Shown here in pieces: positions 24,367-32,176 of a stretch of DNA of 32,176 nt. This DNA comes from a virus (lineage: Duplodnaviria > Caudoviricetes). The stretch is from the IMG/VR virus record IMGVR_UViG_3300007974_000007, positions 1 to 32,176 of that record; one strand, 5' to 3'. Position 1 is the stretch's first letter; every line of letters starts with the position of its first letter. A program made the position numbers and the translations under genes. The notes beneath the pieces were generated by a model, which was given only the letters and a program-made list of their open reading frames with translations, was not told the origin of the DNA and did not search any database.

Positions 24367-25260
24367 TCAGCGGATTTTTCCGGCCTTGCGTGCGGCTCGC
24401 CATTGGGCATAAGTACCGTGAAATTCCCCGTTACTGTCTAGCTTGTTGTCCAATGTTGATCCCATCGCCTTGATCGGTTTAATCGGTGCAGGTGCTTTAG
24501 ACACCGACACAGGTTTAGCTGCCCCGGTAGGCGTTTCCAACTTCGCCTCCAGTCTCCCAATCTCGCGCAGCGCGTTAATCGTTGACAACTTCGCCAACTT
24601 CTCCCCAATTTCGGGATTCTCAGCAAGGTGATATAGGATTTTTGGCCCTATGTCACTTTCAAGGATGGCATCTCGCACCTGATCGCTTACCGCGACTTCG
24701 CTGCTTGCTACCATGTCCTCAAAATCAGGCATTTCAGCTTTCGCTGTTTCCAGTCGTTCGTTCCAAGTCGTAATGACTTTTTGACGTTCTTCCTGTACGC
24801 GGCGCTCGGCTTCTTGCTGATCTCGCTTTCTCAACGCATTTTCTGCTGAGTAATCTGCCAATGCTTTTGCATACTCAAACGCATCGGTAAATTGCTCCGG
24901 CTTCGGTTCTTCGTCAATCGGATCAGCCTTTGGCGTGACCTTATCTTCGAGTTCCCTTAACCGCGCTTCTAGTGCTGTCCTTGCTTCACGTTCCTTTGCG
25001 GCTTCTTGCCGGGCTAGTTCGCGTTGCTTGGTCAGTTCTGAGAAACGTTTTTCGAGTTTCGGATTCTGTTTCTTTTCCGGTTCAGTTGCCTCGTTAACTG
25101 CTTCCTGTCCACTCTCATCCTCGGATTCGGTCGGCTCGACTTCTTCAGTCGCCTCAACAGGTTCGTCGGGAGCTAGACGTAGGTGCGTTTGGTTAAATTC
25201 GGCTAAATTTTCACTTGTTACAACATTTTGAGCCTGTTTAGACTCTTGCACTTCAGACAT
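24367..25260 (-). CDS. Scaffolding protein
   Basis: Acidic coiled-coil between portal and coat; KRFSELT, GP.I.YHLA.NPE, EIGRLEAKL, basic C-terminus; start MSEVQ after GAGGA. Confidence 0.85.
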   Translation of the reverse strand: MSEVQESKQAQNVVTSENLAEFNQTHLRLAPDEPVEATEEVEPTESEDESGQEAVNEATEPEKKQNPKLEKRFSELTKQRELARQEAAKEREARTALEARLRELEDKVTPKADPIDEEPKPEQFTDAFEYAKALADYSAENALRKRDQQEAERRVQEERQKVITTWNERLETAKAEMPDFEDMVASSEVAVSDQVRDAILESDIGPKILYHLAENPEIGEKLAKLSTINALREIGRLEAKLETPTGAAKPVSVSKAPAPIKPIKAMGSTLDNKLDSNGEFHGTYAQWRAARKAGKIR

Positions 25261-25323
25261 GAGTTTCCTCAAGATTTTGACCCGTTGAATCCAACGGTAG
25301 ATTAAAAATATACTCCTAGAAAA

Positions 25324-27429
25324 TCATTGCTGCAAGAATGGGCTGCCTTGATGCGAAATGTCTTGCGCCGCCATTGCAGCGTATTGGTTCTGTTCCATAT
25401 TCCGACGATCAATCTCTGCCGTCAGCCTGCTTGTATCCATGTGATGTAACAACAGTTGCACAATGGCATCAATCTCTGTTTTGTTCTGACTGGTAATGGA
25501 TCGGGTGTTTTGATCGTTTACCTTCACTTCAGCCATCGTTTCGGTGTTATGCGCCTTGCTAGTCACTTCCATCAACTTGCGTTTGTTAGCGCCTTCCTCG
25601 CGGATTTGAGCGACTTGACCACGGTTGTTGATCTCAAGCTGCATCGCTTGCATCTGCTGCTGCATCTGCTCAATGACCTGTTTGCTCTGCGCCAGTTGCA
25701 TCTGCACCTGCGGCGGGATCGGGCTTTTATCGTCAAGCTGCGCCAACGGGTTCGATGCTGCCAGTCGGTCGGCAATAATGTCTGCGCCCGGGAAATCCAT
25801 ATTGCGGAACACTAAGTCGCCAGCAATCTTGAACAGTTCATCTTTTGCCATAAGAGGCATCATCGCCTCGACTGCTTGGATGCGCTTAGACTGATATCCC
25901 GGCCCTGTATCCATCACGATATCGTATTCGCCCACGGTCACATCGTTGAGGATTGCGCCCACAGCGTCACGCTGGTTGATCGTCACCATGTCCGGCTGAC
26001 CATCATCGCCAATGATCCGCATGACGCGCTCTGCATCGTAAATCTTCGGGATCAAGTCTAGAATGATCTTGCCGGTATGCTTAATCGAACGAGTCAGGTT
26101 GTCGTAGAAATGATAGTTCGACAGATCGATCTGCTGCTGCTGACCGTTCAACGCCTTGCCGGAAATGTTGCCCGACGGCATTTGATTCGGATCGAAGATG
26201 CCTAACACCGCTTGCAGGTCGTTGTTGATTGACGATGCTGCTTCCATAATGCCTTGCGGCGGCGCTTCGGGTTGCAGTCGGGTCGGTTGCGGTGCTACGC
26301 GACCTTCAATGTCTGTCTGCTTGTACCGCAAGACTGGTGCTGACTTGATGTTAGCCTGCGCCCATTCGTTTTCGTGGCCTTCGTCTTGACCTTCAGCCAA
26401 CAACCACTTAGCTTTGGGTGCAAGGGCGATGCTTTCAGTCTGACTGGTGCGCCAAAAGTTATACATCCGCTGCGGGTCTTTAGCATGACGCACTAGACCA
26501 AACTTTTTGCGCTTGTCCTCGACGGTCAGTTGTGCGCCGTAGACAGGAATAACGGGGATGTAACTACCAATCCACTCGCCTTCCTCAAGCACTTGCATCG
26601 AAGTGACTTTGCACCACTTGATGACCTTCTTATAGGTCTTGCGCTCACTGATGATCGTCACGCCCGCAGCCAACATCATGTCGGCATCGGGCAAGTCCTC
26701 TTTGTATAGCTTCGTGCCATCAGAGAGTAGGACTAGCGTCGTTGCCTTGCGCTCAGTGTGGAAGTATTCCGCGATGCGGATATCTTCCTTCATCACCCAT
26801 TCAGCACTCGAATCGCCCGTAGCACGCAAAGTAAAGCCCGATCCGTCATCGGCATCAGGATACATTTCGCGGAACGTTGCTTTAGGAATGACCTCAGTTA
26901 CCAAGCATTGCTCGGCATCCGAACCATCCGGCTCTACAGAGTTCGGATCGAAGTAAACCGTAAACGGGTTATGGATCGGACGAATATAGATTTCCTGATC
27001 AAACGAATCTTCTCGCACGTAATCAGTCTCTACTCGCCAGTACCCCCATCCCATCCTGACCGCGTAATCGAAAGCGTTGTCATAGGCAGTATCAGCATTC
27101 GAGTTGACCTCGATATGCCGCGTGATGCCTTCTAACGTCTTGGCTATCTTTAGGTCAGCTTCGTTGTTGACAGGGTGAACCTTGATGCGTGGGCGTTGCT
27201 GCCGCTGCTGGTTTGTAACCTGCCGCACATAGCTGTCGACTTTGTTAATCGTCAGGCAAGGTCGCGCCTCAAGGTTGCGACTGTTCTGAATTTCAACAGG
27301 CCATTGATCGCCTGCTGCAAACTTCAAATCTTCAAGCGCCTCCATCCGATTGTTTGAATCGGCATCAGAGGCCAGCCGCAAAAACTTCATTGCGGCATCT
27401 ATTCTTGGGTCATCTTCTTGATAAGGCAT
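25324..27429 (-). CDS. Portal protein (P22 gp1-like)
   Basis: EDL.F..G.QW, RPCLTINK, G.GYWRV, GLVR.AKDPQR.YN, SGKA and G.YD....GP.Y..KR motifs; Gln-rich C-terminal barrel. Confidence 0.95.
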   Translation of the reverse strand: MPYQEDDPRIDAAMKFLRLASDADSNNRMEALEDLKFAAGDQWPVEIQNSRNLEARPCLTINKVDSYVRQVTNQQRQQRPRIKVHPVNNEADLKIAKTLEGITRHIEVNSNADTAYDNAFDYAVRMGWGYWRVETDYVREDSFDQEIYIRPIHNPFTVYFDPNSVEPDGSDAEQCLVTEVIPKATFREMYPDADDGSGFTLRATGDSSAEWVMKEDIRIAEYFHTERKATTLVLLSDGTKLYKEDLPDADMMLAAGVTIISERKTYKKVIKWCKVTSMQVLEEGEWIGSYIPVIPVYGAQLTVEDKRKKFGLVRHAKDPQRMYNFWRTSQTESIALAPKAKWLLAEGQDEGHENEWAQANIKSAPVLRYKQTDIEGRVAPQPTRLQPEAPPQGIMEAASSINNDLQAVLGIFDPNQMPSGNISGKALNGQQQQIDLSNYHFYDNLTRSIKHTGKIILDLIPKIYDAERVMRIIGDDGQPDMVTINQRDAVGAILNDVTVGEYDIVMDTGPGYQSKRIQAVEAMMPLMAKDELFKIAGDLVFRNMDFPGADIIADRLAASNPLAQLDDKSPIPPQVQMQLAQSKQVIEQMQQQMQAMQLEINNRGQVAQIREEGANKRKLMEVTSKAHNTETMAEVKVNDQNTRSITSQNKTEIDAIVQLLLHHMDTSRLTAEIDRRNMEQNQYAAMAAQDISHQGSPFLQQ

Positions 27430-27437
27430 GGCTTAGT

Positions 27438-28721
27438 CTATCCCATCCAGTTCGCGCCTACAACAAAGGTATTTTGCTGCGGCTTTGCGCGGCGTGGCTC
27501 TTTGACCATCAACGCGATGTATCTAAAGGCATCCGCGCCGTGTGAGTAATGATCGTGTAACGGTTGTTTACTAAACTGCCCAGTGTTCGGATCGACTTCG
27601 TAGCGGTAGTGCCGCAAGCAGTCGATGCCTTCCTTGGTGTTCTCGCGGTCAAACCAACAGGCAGGGAAGATCGTCCGGGCAGCGTTGATGCTGTCCACAA
27701 TCGGGACACGCGGTAAGATTTGTGTCTTGTACCCTGCGCCTCGGACTATCTCCTCGATGCTCTTACCGTTAGCGGCTAAAGTTTTGTTTTCAGCGTCATG
27801 CGGTAGCCACAGCGTGTCGTAAACATAACCGAAGGTTTGCATCTTGGACAGGTAGTAGCTAATGGTTTGCTGACTATCTTCAAAATAACGCAGCAGACGA
27901 GTTTCCATTCCCACGTACTGCAAGAACCATATCGCCGTGCTATCCGACCAGCCAAGGTCAAACACCGCATGAACAGGCTTGGCGGGATCGTAGACAACAT
28001 TTGTGATGCGCTGCTGGAGTTCAGCCATTTGCATCTCACGGGCAAAGATCGCCCCGTCTACCGTCTGCCTACAGACACCTTCCCACACCGTGTTATAGGA
28101 ATCCATGTCCCGATTCTTAAGGGATTCGCGCTCAAGGTTTAGGGTTTCGGGAAACCACGGGTTGTCTGACCAGTTGATCTTGGTGACTATCGAGTCGTTC
28201 GGCGGCTTGACCACAAACCGCTGATAGGTTTCGTCTGTCTCTAACTCAGGGTTAAAGCTGATCCATATTTCAGAACCTTCCTTGCGGATGGTCGGGATCA
28301 AGACGTTCCAAGAAAGTTTGCTTACGTTCGCAGCTTCCTCAACCCAGCAGATATCTATGCCTTCGAACGACTTAATGTTTGTTACATTGTTCTTTAAGCC
28401 GGAGAAGAAGAACTCTGTCCCGTTCTGCGCCCGAATACTGGCTTGGGTGATCTCGTAGAACCCCATGAGGCCAAGGCTCTCAATTTGGTCACACAGCAGC
28501 TTGTGGACTGAATCCTTAAGGCTGGTCTGAAACTCGCGGGCACACAAGATACGCAGCGGCTTCCTAGCGCCAAGGATCAGCAGCGCCCTAGCAATTCCCC
28601 AAGACTTAGCACCGCCTCGCCCGCCCCACAGGATGCGGTAGCGAGACTTTTCAGGCTTAAACAGGCATTCCAGCTTCGCGGGAAACTGAGCATTCGCTAT
28701 TGCTGCTGCAACGTCAGTCAT
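27438..28721 (-). CDS. terL: Terminase large subunit (PBSX / Terminase_3-like)
   Basis: Walker A GGRGGAKS, CAREFQ.S, Walker B WVEEA, SFNP coupling motif, nuclease DLG..D and SHGADAFRY. Confidence 0.96.
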   Translation of the reverse strand: MTDVAAAIANAQFPAKLECLFKPEKSRYRILWGGRGGAKSWGIARALLILGARKPLRILCAREFQTSLKDSVHKLLCDQIESLGLMGFYEITQASIRAQNGTEFFFSGLKNNVTNIKSFEGIDICWVEEAANVSKLSWNVLIPTIRKEGSEIWISFNPELETDETYQRFVVKPPNDSIVTKINWSDNPWFPETLNLERESLKNRDMDSYNTVWEGVCRQTVDGAIFAREMQMAELQQRITNVVYDPAKPVHAVFDLGWSDSTAIWFLQYVGMETRLLRYFEDSQQTISYYLSKMQTFGYVYDTLWLPHDAENKTLAANGKSIEEIVRGAGYKTQILPRVPIVDSINAARTIFPACWFDRENTKEGIDCLRHYRYEVDPNTGQFSKQPLHDHYSHGADAFRYIALMVKEPRRAKPQQNTFVVGANWMG

Positions 28722-28996
28722 TCGGGCTTGACGAACGAAACCACGATGCCGGACAGCAAAGGCGAGCCGTCTGAGTTCTCAAGCGCTTGCAGAGCCTTGC
28801 CGTCAACCCGGTCGATGATCTCCTTAATCGCCCAAGCCTCGCCGTTTTCAGCCTCGGAAATCAGCTTCTCAGCGATAGAATGAAGCCTATGCGGCTCTTG
28901 AATGAGGATTTTGCGTAGCTTGTCATAGAACAACCTCTGCCTTGCAGCATTCTGATTGCCTACTGGCGCTCCGCGTCCTTTTGTTTCAATTTCCAT
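28718..28996 (-). CDS. terS: Terminase small subunit (putative)
   Basis: Immediately upstream of TerL with ATGA overlap; GAP.GNQNA...A..GE.WAIKEI.DR.DGKA pattern. Confidence 0.75.
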   Translation of the reverse strand: MEIETKGRGAPVGNQNAARQRLFYDKLRKILIQEPHRLHSIAEKLISEAENGEAWAIKEIIDRVDGKALQALENSDGSPLLSGIVVSFVKPE

Positions 28997-29032
28997 AGTC
29001 TTGATTTAATTAATGTTTATTAACAATAGTTG

Positions 29033-30316
29033 TTACTTCGTTTTGGCTAAGTCTTTGATCTTTGTGCGTTCTTGAGCCAGTAGATCAGGTGCTGCCACGC
29101 CCATTGCTGCGGCTATTGCGGCGTTTCTACGGAATGGGTCAAAGGCGGCAAAGCGGGAGCGAATGTTGTCGGGGTCTTTTACTATAAAAGATTTGGATTG
29201 AAATTCTTTATCGTTTATTACTTTTGGATTTGCTAATTTGACCGGATAAGAAACATCCCCAAACATATATCCTCTTGGGTCTTTGTTTGTTAAATCTCTG
29301 TCGGAAAACCAATGCCCTCGCATTGCTGATTTAATTGCATCTTCATCGCCGCCAGTTAAGTAAGCTGTATTCGTACCAAGTTTCGCATTGTTAAAAGCCG
29401 ATATGTCAGCATCGGTTGCATGATAGGCAGGCGTATCAAACCCCATCGCCGCTGCTCGTTGCTCTGACGTGTTGTTTGGCGGCAATCCTAAACCACCACG
29501 CTCTACAGGCAATGCAGCCCGTTCTTGGGCTAGGCGCAATGCTTCGTCCTGCGGTGCAGCAAACGTGCGCCCTGCTTGACGTTCGATCATTGCGACGACT
29601 TCTTTTTCGCTGTTGGTTAGCAACTTACCTTTAGCTATTTTTTTCTGTGCGCTTTCATAACGCATTTGCATAGCGGCCTTTTCCGCTTCGCCTTGTTTTT
29701 GCATCAATTCTGTCGGCCCTTTAGCCCGCATTTCCATTGCAAGATCAACAAATCTTTGCGTTGATTGCGGGTCATCCGAAATTTCATGCACGAATTGGCT
29801 TTGATACGCGCCTTTAGAATGTCCCGAAATCCTTGCAGGGGACGTAATAAATCGACCTGTTTGCGGGTCAAATACATTGACATAGGCCGATGGCCCTGCG
29901 GCGCTGCCTGAGTATTCCGCAGTTGCTTGAAAGCCTTGTTTATTCAATAAATTGGCTAATTCATCGGCTTTGCTACGAATCAACTCTCTGCCCTTATTTG
30001 GCAAACCCGTTGTATTTATCGGCGCAGCTATTGATGCGGCTTCCATTGCCCTATCAACATTTCTTTGCTGCACATCTTCCGGCACGCCAAAGACCGACCC
30101 ACGCCCTAACCTAACTCGGGCTAAGTCTGAGATTGAATTCGTCGGCTCGGCAGTGCCGTAAGTCTGCCCTGCTCCCAACGCCCGAAGCGCATCCATGACG
30201 CGCCCGGGTATCCTTGCTGCCTGCTGTGCATAAGTCGGCGGCGCTGCCGTTGCCATCTCTGACACCGGCGTGCCTTCGTACTGTCTCGGGCTTAAGGCAT
30301 CAGCAATTCTTGGCAT
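29033..30316 (-). CDS. Mosaic protein with C-terminal ADP-ribosyltransferase-like (ART-PolyVal-like) segment
   Basis: RA.AMGFDTPAYHAT..DI.AF...GHWFSD...YPVKL...IV.DPDNIRSRFAAFDP motif order. Confidence 0.55.
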   Translation of the reverse strand: MPRIADALSPRQYEGTPVSEMATAAPPTYAQQAARIPGRVMDALRALGAGQTYGTAEPTNSISDLARVRLGRGSVFGVPEDVQQRNVDRAMEAASIAAPINTTGLPNKGRELIRSKADELANLLNKQGFQATAEYSGSAAGPSAYVNVFDPQTGRFITSPARISGHSKGAYQSQFVHEISDDPQSTQRFVDLAMEMRAKGPTELMQKQGEAEKAAMQMRYESAQKKIAKGKLLTNSEKEVVAMIERQAGRTFAAPQDEALRLAQERAALPVERGGLGLPPNNTSEQRAAAMGFDTPAYHATDADISAFNNAKLGTNTAYLTGGDEDAIKSAMRGHWFSDRDLTNKDPRGYMFGDVSYPVKLANPKVINDKEFQSKSFIVKDPDNIRSRFAAFDPFRRNAAIAAAMGVAAPDLLAQERTKIKDLAKTK

Positions 30317-30318
30317 GA

Positions 30319-30609
30319 TTAAGTTTTATTACGTTTCGAGATGGCTTTAGCTTTTGCTTTTGCATCTTCCTTGCTGCTTGCGCCCCATGCAGTCAGAGCC
30401 AGCGCCAATCGTGTCGGCTTGCCCTGCTTTTCCATCGGGCCGGGCATATTGCCCATCCTTGCAAGGAAAGACGCTCTGCGCGGGTTATCGCCAGCTTTGA
30501 CGGGAGGCTTTAGCGTCCCCCCAGTCTCAGCATGATAACTAGCCCGTCCTTTTGCGTTCAAACCGCCAGCAGGGTTTTTGCCAGCTTTCTTAGTCCACGC
30601 CGCAGTCAT
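30319..30609 (-). CDS. DUF6321-like basic phage protein
   Basis: [19 protein letters not shown]...[19 protein letters not shown] motif. Confidence 0.7.
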   Translation of the reverse strand: MTAAWTKKAGKNPAGGLNAKGRASYHAETGGTLKPPVKAGDNPRRASFLARMGNMPGPMEKQGKPTRLALALTAWGASSKEDAKAKAKAISKRNKT

Positions 30610-30734
30610 TTTTTCTTCGCCGCCTTCTTGACGGAGTAAGCAATCGCTACCGCCTGCTTGGGCGGCTTGCCAGCGGCAATCTCCGTCTTGATGTTTTTCT
30701 GCAAAGCAGCTTTGCTGGTGGACTTTTTTAGCAT
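30606..30734 (-). CDS. 42-aa basic protein
   Basis: Not in the track. [42 protein letters not shown]; overlaps at both ends. Confidence 0.7.
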   Translation of the reverse strand: MLKKSTSKAALQKNIKTEIAAGKPPKQAVAIAYSVKKAAKKK

Positions 30735-31150
30735 TAGCTTGCGCCGTGAATGATCGAATAATTGATGATGACTGCTTCGCTGTACGAAGTCGAGGCAGTC
30801 AGGTTACGCAGCGTAATCAGAGCCGAACCAGCAGCTAGATACGAAACGTAAGTAGTGTAAGCACCCAAAGCGCTGCCAGTGGTGTTACTAGAAACGCACA
30901 CGACGATGGTGTCATTGATGGAAATGGTGCTGTTCGTCAGAATGAACGACACAGCCGTAGAACCAGCCAGCGCAGCGTTGTTCATCGTGATGCGACCGGC
31001 AGACTTGTTCAAAGTCACGCCAGTCGATTTGTCGGTCAGTTGAGTAACCGCGCCCTGTGCGGAAGCAGCATAGCCAAACTCTTGCGAAACATAACAAGTC
31101 GTGAATTCGGGATCGGAGTAAGCCACACCAGTAGCAACAGAATTGCTCAT
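30734..31150 (-). CDS. Beta-rich putative virion protein
   Basis: [23 protein letters not shown]...VSF.LTNS.I motif; start MSNSVATG after AAGGA. Confidence 0.6.
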   Translation of the reverse strand: MSNSVATGVAYSDPEFTTCYVSQEFGYAASAQGAVTQLTDKSTGVTLNKSAGRITMNNAALAGSTAVSFILTNSTISINDTIVVCVSSNTTGSALGAYTTYVSYLAAGSALITLRNLTASTSYSEAVIINYSIIHGAS

Positions 31151-31164
31151 GTTAAATCCTTTCG

Positions 31165-31470
31165 TTAAGTTTCTTCTACAAACGCAACATCTTTCCAAGA
31201 CATGAGAAGATATCGCACGTCATCTTCAAAATACTCTGTGTAACGAAGATAATCATCGGCACTAGACTTCCCATACGTGCCGAAAAACACCTTGTCGCCC
31301 ACCTTTAACGGCATCGGGTCTTGCTTGCCGTTATCGTACTTTTGCCCATCACCTACAGCCACTACAGTTCCACGGCTGTCGGCTTCGTTATCCATCACCT
31401 GAATCACGTCTGACTTAATGCGTGCTTCAGGTAATACTAGAATTTTGTCTTGCAGTGGTCGGAATTTCAT
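31165..31470 (-). CDS. groES: Co-chaperonin GroES (Cpn10) family
   Basis: MKFRPLQDKILV...GTVVAVGDG...PLKVGDKVFF..Y...YLLM...DV. Confidence 0.9.
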   Translation of the reverse strand: MKFRPLQDKILVLPEARIKSDVIQVMDNEADSRGTVVAVGDGQKYDNGKQDPMPLKVGDKVFFGTYGKSSADDYLRYTEYFEDDVRYLLMSWKDVAFVEET

Positions 31471-31658
31471 ACAACCACCTCTAACGTCGGTTCGACCTTA
31501 CGCGGGCGACCCGGCTTGCGCTTTTCCTCTTGCCCCCACCATTCGCCACACCACTCGACGCGGTGCTTGTTGTAGCTTTGAGGATAACGGCGGCATTGCC
31601 CCATCACCTCATTGCCTGACAAAAAGTACGTGCAAGTGCTACAGTTGTATACAGCCAT
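31467..31658 (-). CDS. Small Cys-rich protein with AT-hook-like tail
   Basis: CSTCTYF...GQCRRYP...WCGEW followed by KRKPGRPRK; AAGGAG RBS. Confidence 0.7.
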   Translation of the reverse strand: MAVYNCSTCTYFLSGNEVMGQCRRYPQSYNKHRVEWCGEWWGQEEKRKPGRPRKVEPTLEVVV

Positions 31659-31683
31659 TCAATGCTCCTTCATTGCGTGGTTA

Positions 31684-31717
31684 GAATCTCTGAGACTGTC
31701 GAGAGTCTCAGGGATTC
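31684..31717. other. Intergenic inverted repeat (14-bp arms, 6-nt loop)
   Basis: GAATCTCTGAGACT-GTCGAG-AGTCTCAGGGATTC with one mismatch. Confidence 0.7.
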
Positions 31718-31719
31718 GC

Positions 31720-31917
31720 TTACTTCTGCTTGTATTCGGTACGCGAATGCGTATAGCAAACGCCAGCAGTGCGACCCGTATCAAACTTCTTATCTGCGCC
31801 GATAGCATCTTGCTTGCCCATCGCTACGCCACCGCGCATCGCTTCTTTGCGTTCGCCACTTGCATCAGCTTTAGCTGCACCAGCGGGGGCTTTTGCGGAA
31901 GTTCCGTATTTCATCAT
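31720..31917 (-). CDS. Small basic hypothetical protein
   Basis: Likely start MMKYGTSAKAP at 31917 after AGGGA; ends G.CYTH.R..Y. Confidence 0.6.
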   Translation of the reverse strand: MMKYGTSAKAPAGAAKADASGERKEAMRGGVAMGKQDAIGADKKFDTGRTAGVCYTHSRTEYKQK

Positions 31918-31927
31918 GATAATTTCC

Positions 31928-32176
31928 CTATGACAGAGTGAGTTTGTACAACGTGGTATTGATGAGATCAGCGATTTCGTCAACGATGTTTTGCAGTTCA
32001 GAATCTTGCGGCAACAACTCTCGGGCTTCGCCCACAAAGTCTTTCATAGCAGTCAAATACTGCATAGCGTCTGTCGCTACGTGATAGTCCTCGCCGTAGC
32101 CTTTGATGCGACCATACTTGCCCTGATACGCCTCGGCAAACTGATCGGTTGTTTCGATGATTTCTTTGTAGTATTC
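31928..32176 (-). CDS. DUF5856-like ferritin/Dps-fold protein, 5' end outside the window
   Basis: Not in the track. ...EYYKEIIETTDQFAEAYQGKYGRI...DSELQNIVDEIADLINTTLYKLTLS*. Confidence 0.75.
   Translation of the reverse strand, partial: EYYKEIIETTDQFAEAYQGKYGRIKGYGEDYHVATDAMQYLTAMKDFVGEARELLPQDSELQNIVDEIADLINTTLYKLTLS

Larger units (their letters stand above)
1..32176. mobile_element. Tailed phage genome (P22-like podovirus morphogenesis module, lambdoid replication/recombination genes), probably near-complete
   Basis: Contiguous TerS-TerL-portal-scaffold-coat-tail-ejection-lysis genes plus Cro, O/P-like, ERF, YqaJ and NinB genes. Genes are tightly packed with many ATGA/TAATG overlaps. No housekeeping genes. 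Confidence 0.97.

Overview
The whole window is a tailed dsDNA phage genome with a P22-like podovirus virion module and lambdoid early genes. It is probably nearly complete, and no host DNA is evident. A divergent control region near 3.8-3.95 kb separates two early arms. The leftward (-) arm holds a Cro-like regulator, DUF1376/O-like initiator, P-like loader, NinB, Ref-like HNH and VRR-NUC. The rightward (+) arm holds a repeat-punctuated array of tiny ORFs, then ERF, YqaJ exonuclease, SSB and small membrane/Zn-finger proteins. From 32176 down to 8540 the - strand carries the late genes: DUF5856, GroES, DUF6321, an ART-like mosaic protein, TerS/TerL, portal, scaffold, coat, tail proteins, three ejection proteins, holins and an M15 endolysin. 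No integrase, CI-like repressor, tRNA, CRISPR array or reverse transcriptase was seen. The most unusual signals are non-coding: (1) a repeated hairpin + TAATTGACAACAAC(A)nGGAG element in front of each tiny early ORF, forming a cassette-like array where CI would normally sit; (2) an interleaved two-helix (pseudoknot or switch) RNA leader before the initiator gene; (3) two-tier iteron-like repeats inside the initiator. All family assignments come from motif recognition and synteny by eye; no searches were run.
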